Assembly (NCBI GenBank): GCA_046290845.1
Contig: JBKBUA010000009.1
Location: 1-34,100, forward strand
From: Thermodesulfovibrionales bacterium
GTDB lineage: Bacteria; Nitrospirota; Thermodesulfovibrionia; Thermodesulfovibrionales; UBA9159
Direction of reading: 5' to 3'
DNA: 34,100 nucleotides
The position numbers were made by a program, and so were the translations under genes. Below are positions 1-9,170 of the stretch, one piece after another (positions within the stretch are counted from its first letter, which is position 1; each line of letters begins with the position of its first letter). The notes below the pieces were generated by a model. It was not told where the DNA came from and searched no databases. It saw nothing but the letters and a program-made list of their open reading frames with translations.

Positions 1-68
1 GCCTCATAAACCTCTAATGGAAGCGTTACAGGCATCCTGACTCAATTGTATTAAATCCTTTGAAGGAT

Positions 69-139
69 GTCAAGCAGCCGCGTTTCCTCAACCTCAAAGC
101 CTCGTAATCTCCACCTACGAGGTGGGGTCAATCTTATAA
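69..139. repeat. Copy A of a ~71-bp direct repeat (61-bp core 79-139) with overlapping hairpins
   Basis: Core 79-139 matches 3152-3212 at 60/61 positions (C129 vs T3202). The flanking GTCAAG (69-74 / 3142-3147) is also shared. Contains mutually exclusive stems CCTCGTA(100-106)/TACGAGG(116-122) and CCACC(111-115)/GGTGG(121-125). A second CCACC-N5-GGTGG hairpin (146-160) follows in this copy only. Confidence 0.85.
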
Positions 140-261
140 TGAACTCCACCTCACAGGTGGCAAATTCTAAAGCCCCTGTTTCCCAAATGACACTTACGAT
201 GTGAAAAATTGTCCCAAACTTAGCCCCTTAATTGATAACCGTAGTTGGTTGGAAGGAAATA

Positions 262-295
262 CTTAAGAATGAAGGGGGTGACTCTTGCCACCCCC
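262..295 (-). terminator. Putative intrinsic terminator of the CBS gene
   Basis: 7-bp GC-rich stem GGGGGTG(274-280)/CACCCCC(289-295), ~30 nt downstream of the minus-strand stop at 324. On the minus strand it is followed by the T-rich TTCATTCTT. Confidence 0.45.
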
Positions 296-323
296 AAAAT
301 GGAAGAGTAAGGTGTGTTGTTTG

Positions 324-701
324 CTACTTTGCTAAAGTCTTCATAACATCCCACACAGATATGATCCCCATCAGGCGATGCTCTCCTATTACCGGTGCCC
401 CATTGACATTCGCCATTCTCAAAAGGTCTGCCACATAGTTTGCTTCCAGGTTTGGATTAATTGTAACCAAAGGTCTCGTCATAATCTGTTTTACCCTTGT
501 CTGCTTCACATCTAGACCTTTTGAAACAGCCTTATAAACTACATCGCGTACACTTATCATGCCAAAAGGATCACCGGCAACTGCAGGCTCTACAACTAAT
601 CTACGAATGTTATTCTTCAACATGAGGTCAACAGCTTCTGCTACAGTAGCATTCTCACCAATTGTAATCACATTCTTGTTCATCATTTCATAGGCTTTCA
701 T
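324..701 (-). CDS. CBS-domain pair protein (125 aa)
   Basis: Translation shows two tandem CBS-like motifs (NVITI...VVDLMLKNNIRRLVV; PLVTINPN...GAPVIGEHRLMGIISVWDV). Strong SD GAAAGGAGGTG lies upstream of the ATG at 701. Confidence 0.85.
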   Translation of the reverse strand: MKAYEMMNKNVITIGENATVAEAVDLMLKNNIRRLVVEPAVAGDPFGMISVRDVVYKAVSKGLDVKQTRVKQIMTRPLVTINPNLEANYVADLLRMANVNGAPVIGEHRLMGIISVWDVMKTLAK

Positions 702-742
702 TTTTTCACCTCCTTTCTATTGGAAAATTCATTCTTAATACA

Positions 743-758
743 CGCAAAAATTGTGCCA
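743..758 (-). promoter_or_regulatory. sigma54 (-24/-12) promoter upstream of the CBS gene
   Basis: The minus strand reads TGGCACAATTTTTGCG, with GG and GC at canonical spacing (TGGCAC-N5-TTGC). The GC lies ~43 nt upstream of the ATG at 701, immediately downstream of a sigma54 activator gene. Confidence 0.7.
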
Positions 759-872
759 ACCTAAAAATTCTTGACACTATGTAAACATATTGAAATTTTA
801 AGAAATTCTTAAAAGCAAATGTGGGCAGGCTAAAAAGGTAGTGTCTAACTATAAGACAATAAAGTCTAAATG

Positions 873-2348
873 TTAGACTTTTCTAATTCCATAAAGTTTT
901 ATTTTATTATAGAGAGTAGCTCGGCTGATACCAAGTTGTTGAGCTGCCTCTTTTATATTCCAATTAAACTTATTAAGTGTGTTAAGGATAGTGTATTTTT
1001 CATTTTCGGCCAATGTAGATATATCCTTTTCAGGTCTATGATAGATTTGATCAGAGAACGAAATATCTTCAGGGGTTATACTTGGACCTCTTGCCAAGAT
1101 ATAAGCCCGTTCTATTACACTTTTTAGTTCACGGACATTACCAGGCCATTCATAATCTATAAGCCTTTGCATTGCCTCAGGGGCGATATCTTTGACAATC
1201 TTGCCGATTCGCAATTTGCACTCTTCTAAAAAATTTGCGCATAACAGAGGAATATCTTCTTTGCGCTCCCGAAGTGGTGGCAAGGTGATAGTTATCGTAT
1301 TTAATCGATAATAGAAGTCTTCACGAAATCTACCAGAGTTAATTTCCTGTCTCAAATCTTTGTTAGTTGCTGCAATTATCCGTGCATTGGTTTTTATTGT
1401 GGCTTCTCCTCCAACCCTTTCAAACTCTTTATCTTGAAGCACACGGAGCAAGAGAACCTGTGTTTGCAGGGGAATATCTCCTACCTCATCTAAAAAAAGT
1501 GTCCCATCCTGGGCCAGTTCAAAACGCCCTTTTTTCTGGCGTATGGCGCCAGTAAATGCCCCTTTCTCATGACCAAAGAGCTCGCTTTCTATTAAGGTTG
1601 GAGCATAACCAGCGCAGTGGGCAACAATAAAAGGTCCTTCTCTCCGATGACTTTTTTGATGGATTGTTCTAGCTAAGAGTTCTTTCCCTGTTCCTGTTTC
1701 ACCTAAAATCAAAACCGTTGAGTCCGTCCTCGCAATCTTCTCTACAAGATTATATACAGCTTGCATCTTCGGACCTTTACCAACCAGCCGTCCAAAGGCT
1801 ATCCTGTTCTGTACCATCTCTGTTACAACAGCCATCTCCTCGTCGTAAAAAACCGCTTTTTTAATAACCTTTGATAACCCCGTAAGAAAGGTATGAATAG
1901 GATAAAAGTCTTCTCTGTGAAAATTGTTCGGATAAGTGGAAGCAAGGATAAAAGATCCCCTTAAGCCGTGACTATCAGCAATAGGGAATATAGTTAACAA
2001 TGAAAAGCGATGAAAGATATCTTTACAGGGAAAATTTAACCATTCCTCACTGGATTTTACAAGAACCCTGTATTGACTCAGAGTTTTAAGATATTGGAGA
2101 AATAAGGGTCTTATAGTATCTTCCGCTAATTTATGTGATTCTCTTTCTAAGCCAATAGACTTGATGAAGACAAAATCTTCACTATTTTTATTTAGAATTA
2201 AAAGTGTTCCATAATTGAATGGAAAAAATTCCTGGATTTTTCCAAACAAAAAGGAAAATATCTGCACAAAATCCATTCTTCTTTCCAGTTCTATTTCTAT
2301 CTTAGATAACAGAACATCGATTTCTGACATCTTAACAACATCTGGCAT
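873..2348 (-). CDS. sigma54-dependent transcriptional activator (GAF-like N-domain, AAA+ domain, Fis-type HTH)
   Basis: Shows Walker A GETGTGKE, the GAFTGA sigma54-contact motif, Walker B LFLDEVGD, and the C-terminal HTH AAQQLGISRATLYNKIK. The ~170-aa N-terminal region lacks a receiver Asp pocket and looks GAF-like. Confidence 0.9.
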   Translation of the reverse strand: MPDVVKMSEIDVLLSKIEIELERRMDFVQIFSFLFGKIQEFFPFNYGTLLILNKNSEDFVFIKSIGLERESHKLAEDTIRPLFLQYLKTLSQYRVLVKSSEEWLNFPCKDIFHRFSLLTIFPIADSHGLRGSFILASTYPNNFHREDFYPIHTFLTGLSKVIKKAVFYDEEMAVVTEMVQNRIAFGRLVGKGPKMQAVYNLVEKIARTDSTVLILGETGTGKELLARTIHQKSHRREGPFIVAHCAGYAPTLIESELFGHEKGAFTGAIRQKKGRFELAQDGTLFLDEVGDIPLQTQVLLLRVLQDKEFERVGGEATIKTNARIIAATNKDLRQEINSGRFREDFYYRLNTITITLPPLRERKEDIPLLCANFLEECKLRIGKIVKDIAPEAMQRLIDYEWPGNVRELKSVIERAYILARGPSITPEDISFSDQIYHRPEKDISTLAENEKYTILNTLNKFNWNIKEAAQQLGISRATLYNKIKLYGIRKV

Positions 2349-2355
2349 TGCAAAT

Positions 2356-3000
2356 TTAACCTTTCCTTATGTCTAAGTCCTTATAATGTCTTTCAAGCTC
2401 GGATTTAAGGTATTTGAAATCTCCTTCACCTTCAGTCCTAATAACGACTTTCTTAAATCCTTTTTTCACTCCTGTATAGGACGTAAGAACGTTCTGAATT
2501 TCGAATCCATGTTTGATTATTATATCAATAACTTCTTTTATAGAGTCTTGCCTATCTTCCAGATTACAAAAAATTCGTAGCCCGGATTGCCTATCTTTCA
2601 TAATGTCAACAATGACCTTAAAGAGATCTTTGTCAGAAATAATTCCTACAAGCTTGCCTTTTTCTATAACAGGAAGACAACCTATGTTATGGTCAATCAT
2701 AAGAATTGCCGCCTCCTCAATCGGAGTATCGGGATCAGTTGTTATAACATTTGTCTTTCCAATATCTCCGCACTTTGTCTTTCCAAGAAGATAGCGGATT
2801 TCAAAAACATCCAGCGATGTTGATTTTGATGGAGAATATTCTTTTATATCCCTGTCTGAGAGTATGCCCACTAACCTCCCATCTTTTACAATTGGAAGGT
2901 GTTTTATCTTCTTTTCTTTAAGCAAAACTGCTGCATCTATTAAGCTATCATCTGGACTGATAGTAATAACTTTTTTTGTCATCCAATCCCGAACAAACAT
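2356..3000 (-). CDS. CBS-pair plus ACT-like C-terminal domain protein (AcuB-like)
   Basis: Two CBS motifs (KVITISPDD...HLPIVKDGRLVGILSDRDI; NVITTDPD...GCLPVIEKGKLVGIISDKDL) are followed by a ~75-aa beta-alpha-beta-like tail. SD GAGGT lies before the ATG at 3000. The gene stops 8 nt before the activator gene. Confidence 0.8.
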   Translation of the reverse strand: MFVRDWMTKKVITISPDDSLIDAAVLLKEKKIKHLPIVKDGRLVGILSDRDIKEYSPSKSTSLDVFEIRYLLGKTKCGDIGKTNVITTDPDTPIEEAAILMIDHNIGCLPVIEKGKLVGIISDKDLFKVIVDIMKDRQSGLRIFCNLEDRQDSIKEVIDIIIKHGFEIQNVLTSYTGVKKGFKKVVIRTEGEGDFKYLKSELERHYKDLDIRKG

Positions 3001-3141
3001 AACCTACCTCAAATATCTTCCCAAAATTCCCAAAATAAATCTTAAAAACCTTCAGTTTGGGTACCCTAACATTGCTAAAAACCTATAGAAATTCAAGCAA
3101 ATAGGAACGCATAAATAAATTAGTATATTGGTGGTTATTCG

Positions 3142-3212
3142 GTCAAGTGTGCGCGTTTCCTCAACCTCAAAGCCTCGTAATCTCCACCTACGAGGTGGGG
3201 TTAATCTTATAA
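3142..3212. repeat. Copy B of the ~71-bp hairpin-containing direct repeat
   Basis: See copy A. The core 3152-3212 is 60/61 identical to 79-139. It overlaps the last codons and stop (3207) of the short minus-strand ORF 3207-3485. Confidence 0.85.
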
Positions 3213-3485
3213 CTGAAACCTTCGCCCTCTGTATTCCCTTAAATCTATAATGCCCTCTTGATAAAGGGCCTTCCACTTCTTTGGCTGAAGCTCAATGCCC
3301 CCAGCGTAACTCAGGGCTACTAAGATAAGGCCAATGCTAATAGATAGGGCATACTCGCCTGCTGTGCTTGTCCTTATACGACCTCCAAAGAGGGTGACGT
3401 ATCTGCCGTTATGGTCATAGACAGGCATGCCAGTAACTGTTAGGCTGTCCATAAGTAGATGGCCTATCATAACTCCAATAGCCAC
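3207..3485 (-). CDS. Short membrane protein resembling the C-terminal half of YdjM/DUF457-type membrane-bound metal-dependent hydrolases; possibly a gene remnant
   Basis: The GHLLMDSLTVTGMPV motif followed by a TM segment resembles the SHILADMLTPAGVPL region of YdjM-like proteins. It uses a GTG start. The frame closes 6 codons upstream (stop at 3504-3506), so the usual N-terminal ~100 aa are absent. Confidence 0.35.
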   Translation of the reverse strand: MAIGVMIGHLLMDSLTVTGMPVYDHNGRYVTLFGGRIRTSTAGEYALSISIGLILVALSYAGGIELQPKKWKALYQEGIIDLREYRGRRFQL

Positions 3486-3508
3486 TGTCTGAGCCTCTCT
3501 ACATCACC

Positions 3509-3536
3509 TCTTCACTCATTACGGATCACGCATTAC
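3509..3536. repeat. Heptanucleotide tandem repeat (TCTTCAC TCATTAC GGATCAC GCATTAC)
   Basis: Four 7-nt units with a conserved ..T.AC pattern, read directly. The last unit overlaps the stop codon of the 3533-4870 gene. Confidence 0.6.
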
Positions 3537-4870
3537 AAACTAATAAGCAATGCCTTCAGCCCCTTTACGGCCCTCTCGGGTGATGGGTAAACAGGTATGC
3601 CATATCTCTCTAAACTTCTTCTAATTTTATCTGTTATCTTGCTCGATGCTATGTAGGCAACAACAGGTTTCCCGAGAACCCTTTTGGCCTCTCCAAGTTT
3701 TTTACCTAAATCCGCGGTTATCCCGAAGACATTTGGTAGCGCAATAAGAATGAAGGCATCAAAGTCATCCTTGAGGAGTCTCAGGGCAGTGATATAATCA
3801 TCATCCTTCACCTGGGCAGTGAGGTCGAGGGGATTGTTTATTCCATAATACTCAGGAAATTGGGGTCTAATCTTCTCCCTTATCTCCTCTGACAGTTGAG
3901 GGAGGTCAAGACCTTGCCTCATGCATTCATCAGCAGCAAGTACTCCTGAACCACCACCATTTGTGATTATACATACCCTGTTTCCCTGAACAGGCCTCTG
4001 AAAGGAAAGTGCCTTTGCAGCATCCATTAATTCATCGAGGTCAGAGACCTCCCTGATTTGAAACTGCCTCAGAATAGAATGAAAGACCTCGTAACGACCA
4101 GCCAGTCTTCCCGTATGGGAGAAGGCAGCGGCCTGACCACCCTTTCCTTTACCAGCCTTCAATATAAGGAGAGACTTTCTCTTGGATAATTCCTTTGCCT
4201 TCTCAACAAAGAGCCTTCCGTCCGTAAGCCCTTCAATGTAAGTTATAACCACCTCTGTCTTTCTTTCATGAAGAAGATATTCGAGGATGTCAGACTCGTT
4301 TATGTCCATGGCATTTCCATAACCAACAGCAATCGATATACCCCTCTTAATTGAGGCTATTTCTCCCACGAGGCAACTAAGAATTGCCCCACTCTGTGAT
4401 ATGACAGCGATATTGCCCTTCCCAGGTCTCCTGAGTCTCTCCTGTGATAGGAAAAAGGTATCAAGCCTCCTGTAGGGGTTTAATAGGCCCATACAGTTCG
4501 GTCCCAGAATCCTGAGACCATATTCACCTCCGAGAACCTTTACCTCCTTCTGTAAATCTACCTTACCGATCTCTGCAAAACCAGCGCTCTCAATTATCAC
4601 CGAGGAGGTCTTCCCCTTGAGTTGCCTGATTATACCTGGAACCTCCTCAGCAGGTCTTATAATTATCGAGAGGTCAACAGCCTCAGGTATGTCTGTGACA
4701 GTGGCATAGGATTTAATTCCCATGAGTTCTGGATACCTGGGATTTACAGGATAGACCTTTCCCTTGAATCTGAGGAGATTCTTAAGGATTGCGCCTCCAA
4801 GTTTTTCCTCACTGTGAGAGGCTCCGATGAGGGCAACACTCCGAGGATTGAAAAGACTATCGAGGCTCAT
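3533..4870 (-). CDS. CoA-binding / succinyl-CoA-synthetase-like flavodoxin domain protein (ADP-forming acetate--CoA ligase alpha-type)
   Basis: The N-terminal FNPRSVALIGAS...VYPVNP CoA-binding fold and the phosphohistidine-loop-like SHTGRLAG match the acetyl-CoA synthetase (ADP-forming) alpha domain. No ATP-grasp beta domain is attached. Confidence 0.75.
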   Translation of the reverse strand: MSLDSLFNPRSVALIGASHSEEKLGGAILKNLLRFKGKVYPVNPRYPELMGIKSYATVTDIPEAVDLSIIIRPAEEVPGIIRQLKGKTSSVIIESAGFAEIGKVDLQKEVKVLGGEYGLRILGPNCMGLLNPYRRLDTFFLSQERLRRPGKGNIAVISQSGAILSCLVGEIASIKRGISIAVGYGNAMDINESDILEYLLHERKTEVVITYIEGLTDGRLFVEKAKELSKRKSLLILKAGKGKGGQAAAFSHTGRLAGRYEVFHSILRQFQIREVSDLDELMDAAKALSFQRPVQGNRVCIITNGGGSGVLAADECMRQGLDLPQLSEEIREKIRPQFPEYYGINNPLDLTAQVKDDDYITALRLLKDDFDAFILIALPNVFGITADLGKKLGEAKRVLGKPVVAYIASSKITDKIRRSLERYGIPVYPSPERAVKGLKALLISL

Positions 4871-4886
4871 ATTAAATTATATAACA

Positions 4887-4895
4887 TGCTATAAT
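4887..4895 (+). promoter_or_regulatory. Extended -10 element (TGcTATAAT) upstream of leuS
   Basis: TGCTATAAT at 4887-4895, ~36 nt before the leuS ATG. The RBS GAGGAGG follows at 4922-4928. No good -35 was seen. Confidence 0.45.
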
Positions 4896-4930
4896 ATCAA
4901 ATCTCTTAATCATGTCGTATCGAGGAGGTT

Positions 4931-7480
4931 ATGGAAGAAAGATATAATCCCCAGAAGGTAGAAGAAAAATGGCAGAGGTACTGGGCTGAAAGGGATTTAT
5001 TCAGGACAGACCATGATTCTGAGAGAAAGAAGTTCTACTGCCTCGAGATGTTCCCCTATCCATCAGGAAAGATACATATGGGACATGTGAGGAATTACGC
5101 GATTGGAGATGTCATAGCCCGATACAAGAGGATGCGTGGATACAATGTCCTTCATCCAATGGGATGGGATGCCTTTGGGCTTCCAGCAGAAAATGCAGCA
5201 ATAAAGGAAGGGGTTCATCCTGCTAAATGGACTTATGAGAATATCGAGTATATGAAGGATCAACTGCGAAGGATGGGCCTGAGCTATGACTGGAGCAGAG
5301 AGGTTACCACATGCGACCCTGAATATTACAGATGGAATCAGTGGTTTTTCCTGAAGATGTATGAGAGAGGGCTTGCCTACAGAAAGACCTCCTTTGTGAA
5401 CTGGTGTCCCTCCTGTCTGACCGTCCTTGCCAACGAACAGGTAATCGATGGGAAGTGCTGGAGGTGTGACTCTCTCGTTATTCAGAAGGAACTTGAACAG
5501 TGGTTTTTTAAGATAACAGAATATGCTGAAGAACTCCTTAATGGTTGTGATAAACTGGAGGGCTGGCCTGAGAATGTTGTGGCGATGCAGAAAAACTGGA
5601 TTGGCAGGAGCGAGGGTGTTGAGATGGACTTCCCTGTTGAAGGGCTTAATGATAAGATAAAGATATTCACGACAAGACCTGATACCTTATGGGGCGCAAC
5701 CTTTGTATGTCTCGCACCAGGACATCCCCTTTCAGAGAGACTCGTAACTGATAAGTTGAGGCTAAATGAGGTTAAGGCAAAGTATGGAAAGATGGAGGAC
5801 AAGGAGGGCCTATTTACAGGGTATTATGCAGTTAATCCGATGAATAATGAGAGGATACCCATTTATATAGCCAATTTTGTGCTCATGGAGTACGGCACAG
5901 GTGCGATCATGTCTGTGCCGGCCCATGATCAGAGGGACTTTGAATTTGCAAAGAAATATAGACTCCCTATAAGGGTCGTGATAGTGCCCGAGGATAGTGT
6001 TACAGATGTGCTGAGTAGCAGCATAACAGAGGCATACGAGGATGAGGGTACTGTCGTTAATTCAGGACAGTTCAGCGGTCTAAGGAGCGATGAGGCAAGA
6101 AGGAGGATAGGAGAATACATAGAAGAGAGGGGAATCGGTAAAAGGGTTATAAACTATAAACTCAGGGACTGGGGGATATCGAGGCAGAGATACTGGGGGA
6201 CTCCGATACCGATTATATACTGTAACAGTTGTGGAATCGTGCCTGTCAATGAAAAAGACCTCCCTGTTATACTTCCAGAAGATGTGAGATTTACAGGCAA
6301 GGGAGGCTCTCCTTTACTCGATTCAAAGGACTTTTTGAATGCTCCTTGCCCTAAGTGCGGGAAGATAGGCAGGAGAGAGACTGACACGATGGATACCTTT
6401 GTTGATTCATCCTGGTATTTTATCCGATACTGTTCAAGGAAGGATGAAGAGGCTCTTAACAGGGAAAAGATAGCCTACTGGATGCCTGTAGAACAGTACA
6501 TTGGAGGTGTGGAACATGCTGTGCTGCACCTTCTCTATTCGAGATTCTTCACGAGGGTTCTGCGAGACCTCGGTATAGTAAGTTTTGATGAGCCCTTCAC
6601 AAACCTTCTAACTCAGGGTATGGTCTGCAAAGAAACCCTTCGATGTCCAGAACATGGATGGCTCTTCCCCGAAGAGGTGGAGCAAGATAGGTGCATACAC
6701 TGCGGCAATCTCATAATCAGGGGAAGGGTTGAGAAGATGTCAAAGTCAAAGAGAAATGTGGTTGACCCCGATCGCATGATTGAAAGGTATGGTGCTGACA
6801 CTGTGAGGCTCTTCTCACTCTTTGCTGCACCACCTGAAAAAGACTTGGAATGGTCTGATCGTGGTGTGGAAGGTGCATTCAGATTCCTGAACAGATTATG
6901 GGGAATCGTTCATAAATTTATTCAGTCTAACCCCACCACGGAGGTTATAGAGAAAATAGATCTATCGAATCTGAGACCTAAGGCGACGGGGCTCCTTAGG
7001 AAGACTCATCAGACAGTGAAGAGGGTCACCACAGACATAGAAAGGGAATATCACTTCAATACTGCCATTGCAGCACTCATGGAACTCGTCAATGAGATAT
7101 CAGGATTCGAGCCTAACAACGATGATGACCTCGGGGTATTGAAATATGCGATCGAGACAACCCTTTTGCTACTTTCACCCTTTTCTCCACACATAGCTGA
7201 GGAATTGTGGGAGGCTATAGGACACAGTCCGAGTATACTTGAAGAGAGATGGCCTGAATGGGATGAGGCTATAGCAAAGGAGGAAGAGATAGAACTCGTA
7301 ATCCAGGTCAATGGAAAGGTTAGGTCAAAGATCATGATACCTGCCGGCCTCAGCGATGAAAGGATAAAGGAACTCTCTCTTGGGGACCCAAAGATAAAGA
7401 CCATGGTCGAGGGAAAAACGATAAGGAATGTCTTTGTTGTTAAGGGCAAGCTCGTGAATATAGTAATTAGTAATGTGTGA
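4931..7480 (+). CDS. leuS: Leucyl-tRNA synthetase
   Basis: 849 aa with the class I HIGH-type motif (HMGHVRNY), KMSKS, the CP1 editing region, and a typical bacterial LeuS N-terminus ([14 protein letters not shown]). Confidence 0.97.
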   Translation: MEERYNPQKVEEKWQRYWAERDLFRTDHDSERKKFYCLEMFPYPSGKIHMGHVRNYAIGDVIARYKRMRGYNVLHPMGWDAFGLPAENAAIKEGVHPAKWTYENIEYMKDQLRRMGLSYDWSREVTTCDPEYYRWNQWFFLKMYERGLAYRKTSFVNWCPSCLTVLANEQVIDGKCWRCDSLVIQKELEQWFFKITEYAEELLNGCDKLEGWPENVVAMQKNWIGRSEGVEMDFPVEGLNDKIKIFTTRPDTLWGATFVCLAPGHPLSERLVTDKLRLNEVKAKYGKMEDKEGLFTGYYAVNPMNNERIPIYIANFVLMEYGTGAIMSVPAHDQRDFEFAKKYRLPIRVVIVPEDSVTDVLSSSITEAYEDEGTVVNSGQFSGLRSDEARRRIGEYIEERGIGKRVINYKLRDWGISRQRYWGTPIPIIYCNSCGIVPVNEKDLPVILPEDVRFTGKGGSPLLDSKDFLNAPCPKCGKIGRRETDTMDTFVDSSWYFIRYCSRKDEEALNREKIAYWMPVEQYIGGVEHAVLHLLYSRFFTRVLRDLGIVSFDEPFTNLLTQGMVCKETLRCPEHGWLFPEEVEQDRCIHCGNLIIRGRVEKMSKSKRNVVDPDRMIERYGADTVRLFSLFAAPPEKDLEWSDRGVEGAFRFLNRLWGIVHKFIQSNPTTEVIEKIDLSNLRPKATGLLRKTHQTVKRVTTDIEREYHFNTAIAALMELVNEISGFEPNNDDDLGVLKYAIETTLLLLSPFSPHIAEELWEAIGHSPSILEERWPEWDEAIAKEEEIELVIQVNGKVRSKIMIPAGLSDERIKELSLGDPKIKTMVEGKTIRNVFVVKGKLVNIVISNV

Positions 7481-7992
7481 TGAGTAAAGTAACGCGAATT
7501 GTCCATGCTTCGATTAACTCAGCACTCCGTTGCTCTATTATCCTGTTACTCCTCACAGGCTGCGGATACACTATTCAGGGTAGAGCAAGCCTTCCTTTTC
7601 CCTCGGTATCAATTGATAGGATAAACAATATGACCTATGAGCCAAAGATCGATGACAGGATGCGTGAAATCCTCACTGAGGAGTTAATAAGAAGGGGCTT
7701 CGTGGTGGATCATTCCTCTGATTATAAGATCTCTGGTAACCTGAATTCCTTTGAGCTGAGGACTCTCTCTGAGAGGGCAGGGGTTGCTGTTGAATACGAA
7801 GTGGTCATCAGGGGAGAATTTAATCTGAGAACCCCGTCAGGGGCAGTGAAGAATCTCAGATCAGAGGGCCCTTTTATAGTCTCCTTCTCCAGTGCTGAGA
7901 GACTACAGGATGTGATGGCTCTTAAGGAAAAGGCAATAGAGAAAGCCCTGAGGGACCTCTCTCAGGAGTTAATAACATCTATGCGATGGTGA
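7480..7992 (+). CDS. lptE: LPS-assembly lipoprotein LptE-like
   Basis: Lipobox LLLLTGC after a signal peptide. Conserved leuS-lptE-holA synteny. The start overlaps the leuS stop (GTG 7477 or ATG 7480). Confidence 0.65.
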   Translation: MSKVTRIVHASINSALRCSIILLLLTGCGYTIQGRASLPFPSVSIDRINNMTYEPKIDDRMREILTEELIRRGFVVDHSSDYKISGNLNSFELRTLSERAGVAVEYEVVIRGEFNLRTPSGAVKNLRSEGPFIVSFSSAERLQDVMALKEKAIEKALRDLSQELITSMRW

Positions 7993-8014
7993 GCCTGTCG
8001 AACCATAATAACCC

Positions 8015-8893
8015 ATGGGCATTAACCATTATATAGCAGAGATAAGAAAGGGACTCAGTGCCCCTGTTTACCTTCTTTATGGCGAGAGCCACTATCTCCT
8101 GAAGGAGGCCTTCTTTATGACCTCTGACATTATCCCAAAAGATAACAGAGACTTTTGTCTCGATGTCATCGATATGGAAGAAACAGACAGGCCTTCGATA
8201 GATGATATAATCGATATACTCAATACAATGCCCTTTTTAGGTGGAAAGAGATTGGTAATTATCGAGAATGCCCAGATGATGAAGAAAAAGGAGATATCCA
8301 TAATCGGTGATTATATCTCGAACCCATCGCCTTATTCTATCCTCGTAATGTTTTGCCTGGGTAAGCTCAAGGATGACTTTAAAAGCTTCTTATCCCTCGG
8401 AATCAAGCCCATCTCTGTTGATATTCGCCCTCAAGATATTCCATCGTGGATAAAGGAGAAGGCCCGGCAAAAGGACATTCATCTTACCGATGGTGCTGTA
8501 GATTACCTCATCGGCATTACAGGTCAGGATATCGGTCTGATAACATCAGAACTCGAAAAGATAGCCCTCATAGGTAAGAGCGAGGTCGATGCGGCAGATA
8601 TATCAGACATCGTCAGGAATGAAGGAGATTATGATGTCTTTGACCTGATTGAAGCAATAAAGAAAAATGATAGGGAAAGGGTCTTCAGGATACTGAATAG
8701 ACTCCTTGACTCAGTTGAACCTTTCAGCATCCTCGGTGCCCTCAACTGGCACTTCAGCCGCATTAAAGAAGAAGGCAGATATAAAGACCTTGAAGGGATA
8801 TTCAATTTGCTTCATGAGGCAGACTCAGCCCTGAAGGCCTCGGGTGGAAAGTATCCCCTCGAATATCTCTTAATCAGGCTGCTTCAGCCCTGA
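8015..8893 (+). CDS. holA: DNA polymerase III delta subunit
   Basis: 292 aa with an N-terminus PVYLLYGE..YLL typical of HolA. Its position after leuS-lptE is the conserved gene order. Confidence 0.8.
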   Translation: MGINHYIAEIRKGLSAPVYLLYGESHYLLKEAFFMTSDIIPKDNRDFCLDVIDMEETDRPSIDDIIDILNTMPFLGGKRLVIIENAQMMKKKEISIIGDYISNPSPYSILVMFCLGKLKDDFKSFLSLGIKPISVDIRPQDIPSWIKEKARQKDIHLTDGAVDYLIGITGQDIGLITSELEKIALIGKSEVDAADISDIVRNEGDYDVFDLIEAIKKNDRERVFRILNRLLDSVEPFSILGALNWHFSRIKEEGRYKDLEGIFNLLHEADSALKASGGKYPLEYLLIRLLQP

Positions 8894-9170
8894 GCACCTT
8901 ATTCGCTATTATTGCAAGCCTTGAGATCTTTCTCGATGCAGCATTCTTATGGATTATGCCTTTTGCAGCAGCCCTGCTTATCAACTTTGTAGCCTCTAAT
9001 AGTTCTTTCTGTACCTTTTCCCTGTCCTTAGATTCAACCGCTGCAATGACTTTTTTCGTGGCTGTCTTAATAGCAGTCTTTACAGACCTATTCCTTAATT
9101 CCCTTTTTTCTGCTTGCCGAACCCTTTTAAGTGCTGACAGGTTTTTCTTTGGTGTAGCCTTTCCTGGCAT
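8874..9170 (-). CDS. rpsT: 30S ribosomal protein S20
   Basis: 98 aa, basic. Shows SALKRVRQAEKRELRNRSVKTAIKT and KGIIHKNAASRKISRL, characteristic of S20. Convergent with holA, with a 20-nt overlap. Confidence 0.93.
   Translation of the reverse strand: MPGKATPKKNLSALKRVRQAEKRELRNRSVKTAIKTATKKVIAAVESKDREKVQKELLEATKLISRAAAKGIIHKNAASRKISRLAIIANKVLRAEAA

Noticed and set aside
67-240. Small ORFs running through both copies of the 61-bp repeat. On the plus strand these are MSSSRVSSTSKPRNLHLRGGVNLI... and the GTG-3149 equivalent. On the minus strand there is the 74-aa ORF 3052-3276.
   Set aside because: There is no usable RBS, the peptides are low-complexity, and similarity between the copies stops exactly at the nucleotide repeat boundaries. 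The open frames are a by-product of the repeat.
873-2348. Calling the GAF-AAA-HTH activator NifA.
   Set aside because: Only the domain architecture fits. It is 18 kb from nif, embedded in its own CBS/sigma54 module, and lacks any diagnostic NifA linker motif I can recognise. The dyad next to its own target promoter (TGTCT-N7-AGACA) differs from the nif upstream element. It is kept as a generic sigma54 activator.
69-3212. Whether the 61-bp repeat could be CRISPR repeats or a degenerate array. The sequence begins GTTTCC and contains a hairpin.
   Set aside because: There are only two copies, 3 kb apart, and each is about twice the length of a CRISPR repeat. There is no regular repeat-spacer periodicity, no further copies in 1-78, and no cas genes in the window.
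5063-7506. Numerous 60-160-aa ORFs antisense to leuS, the pil genes, nifD/K/EN, modB and others. Examples are 5482-5802, 7051-7506, 13403-13744, 21386-21865, 22123-22596, 24158-24907 and 28129-28542.
   Set aside because: Each lies entirely inside a well-supported gene on the opposite strand. They have low-complexity, Ser/Leu/Pro-rich translations and no RBS, which is typical of shadow ORFs.
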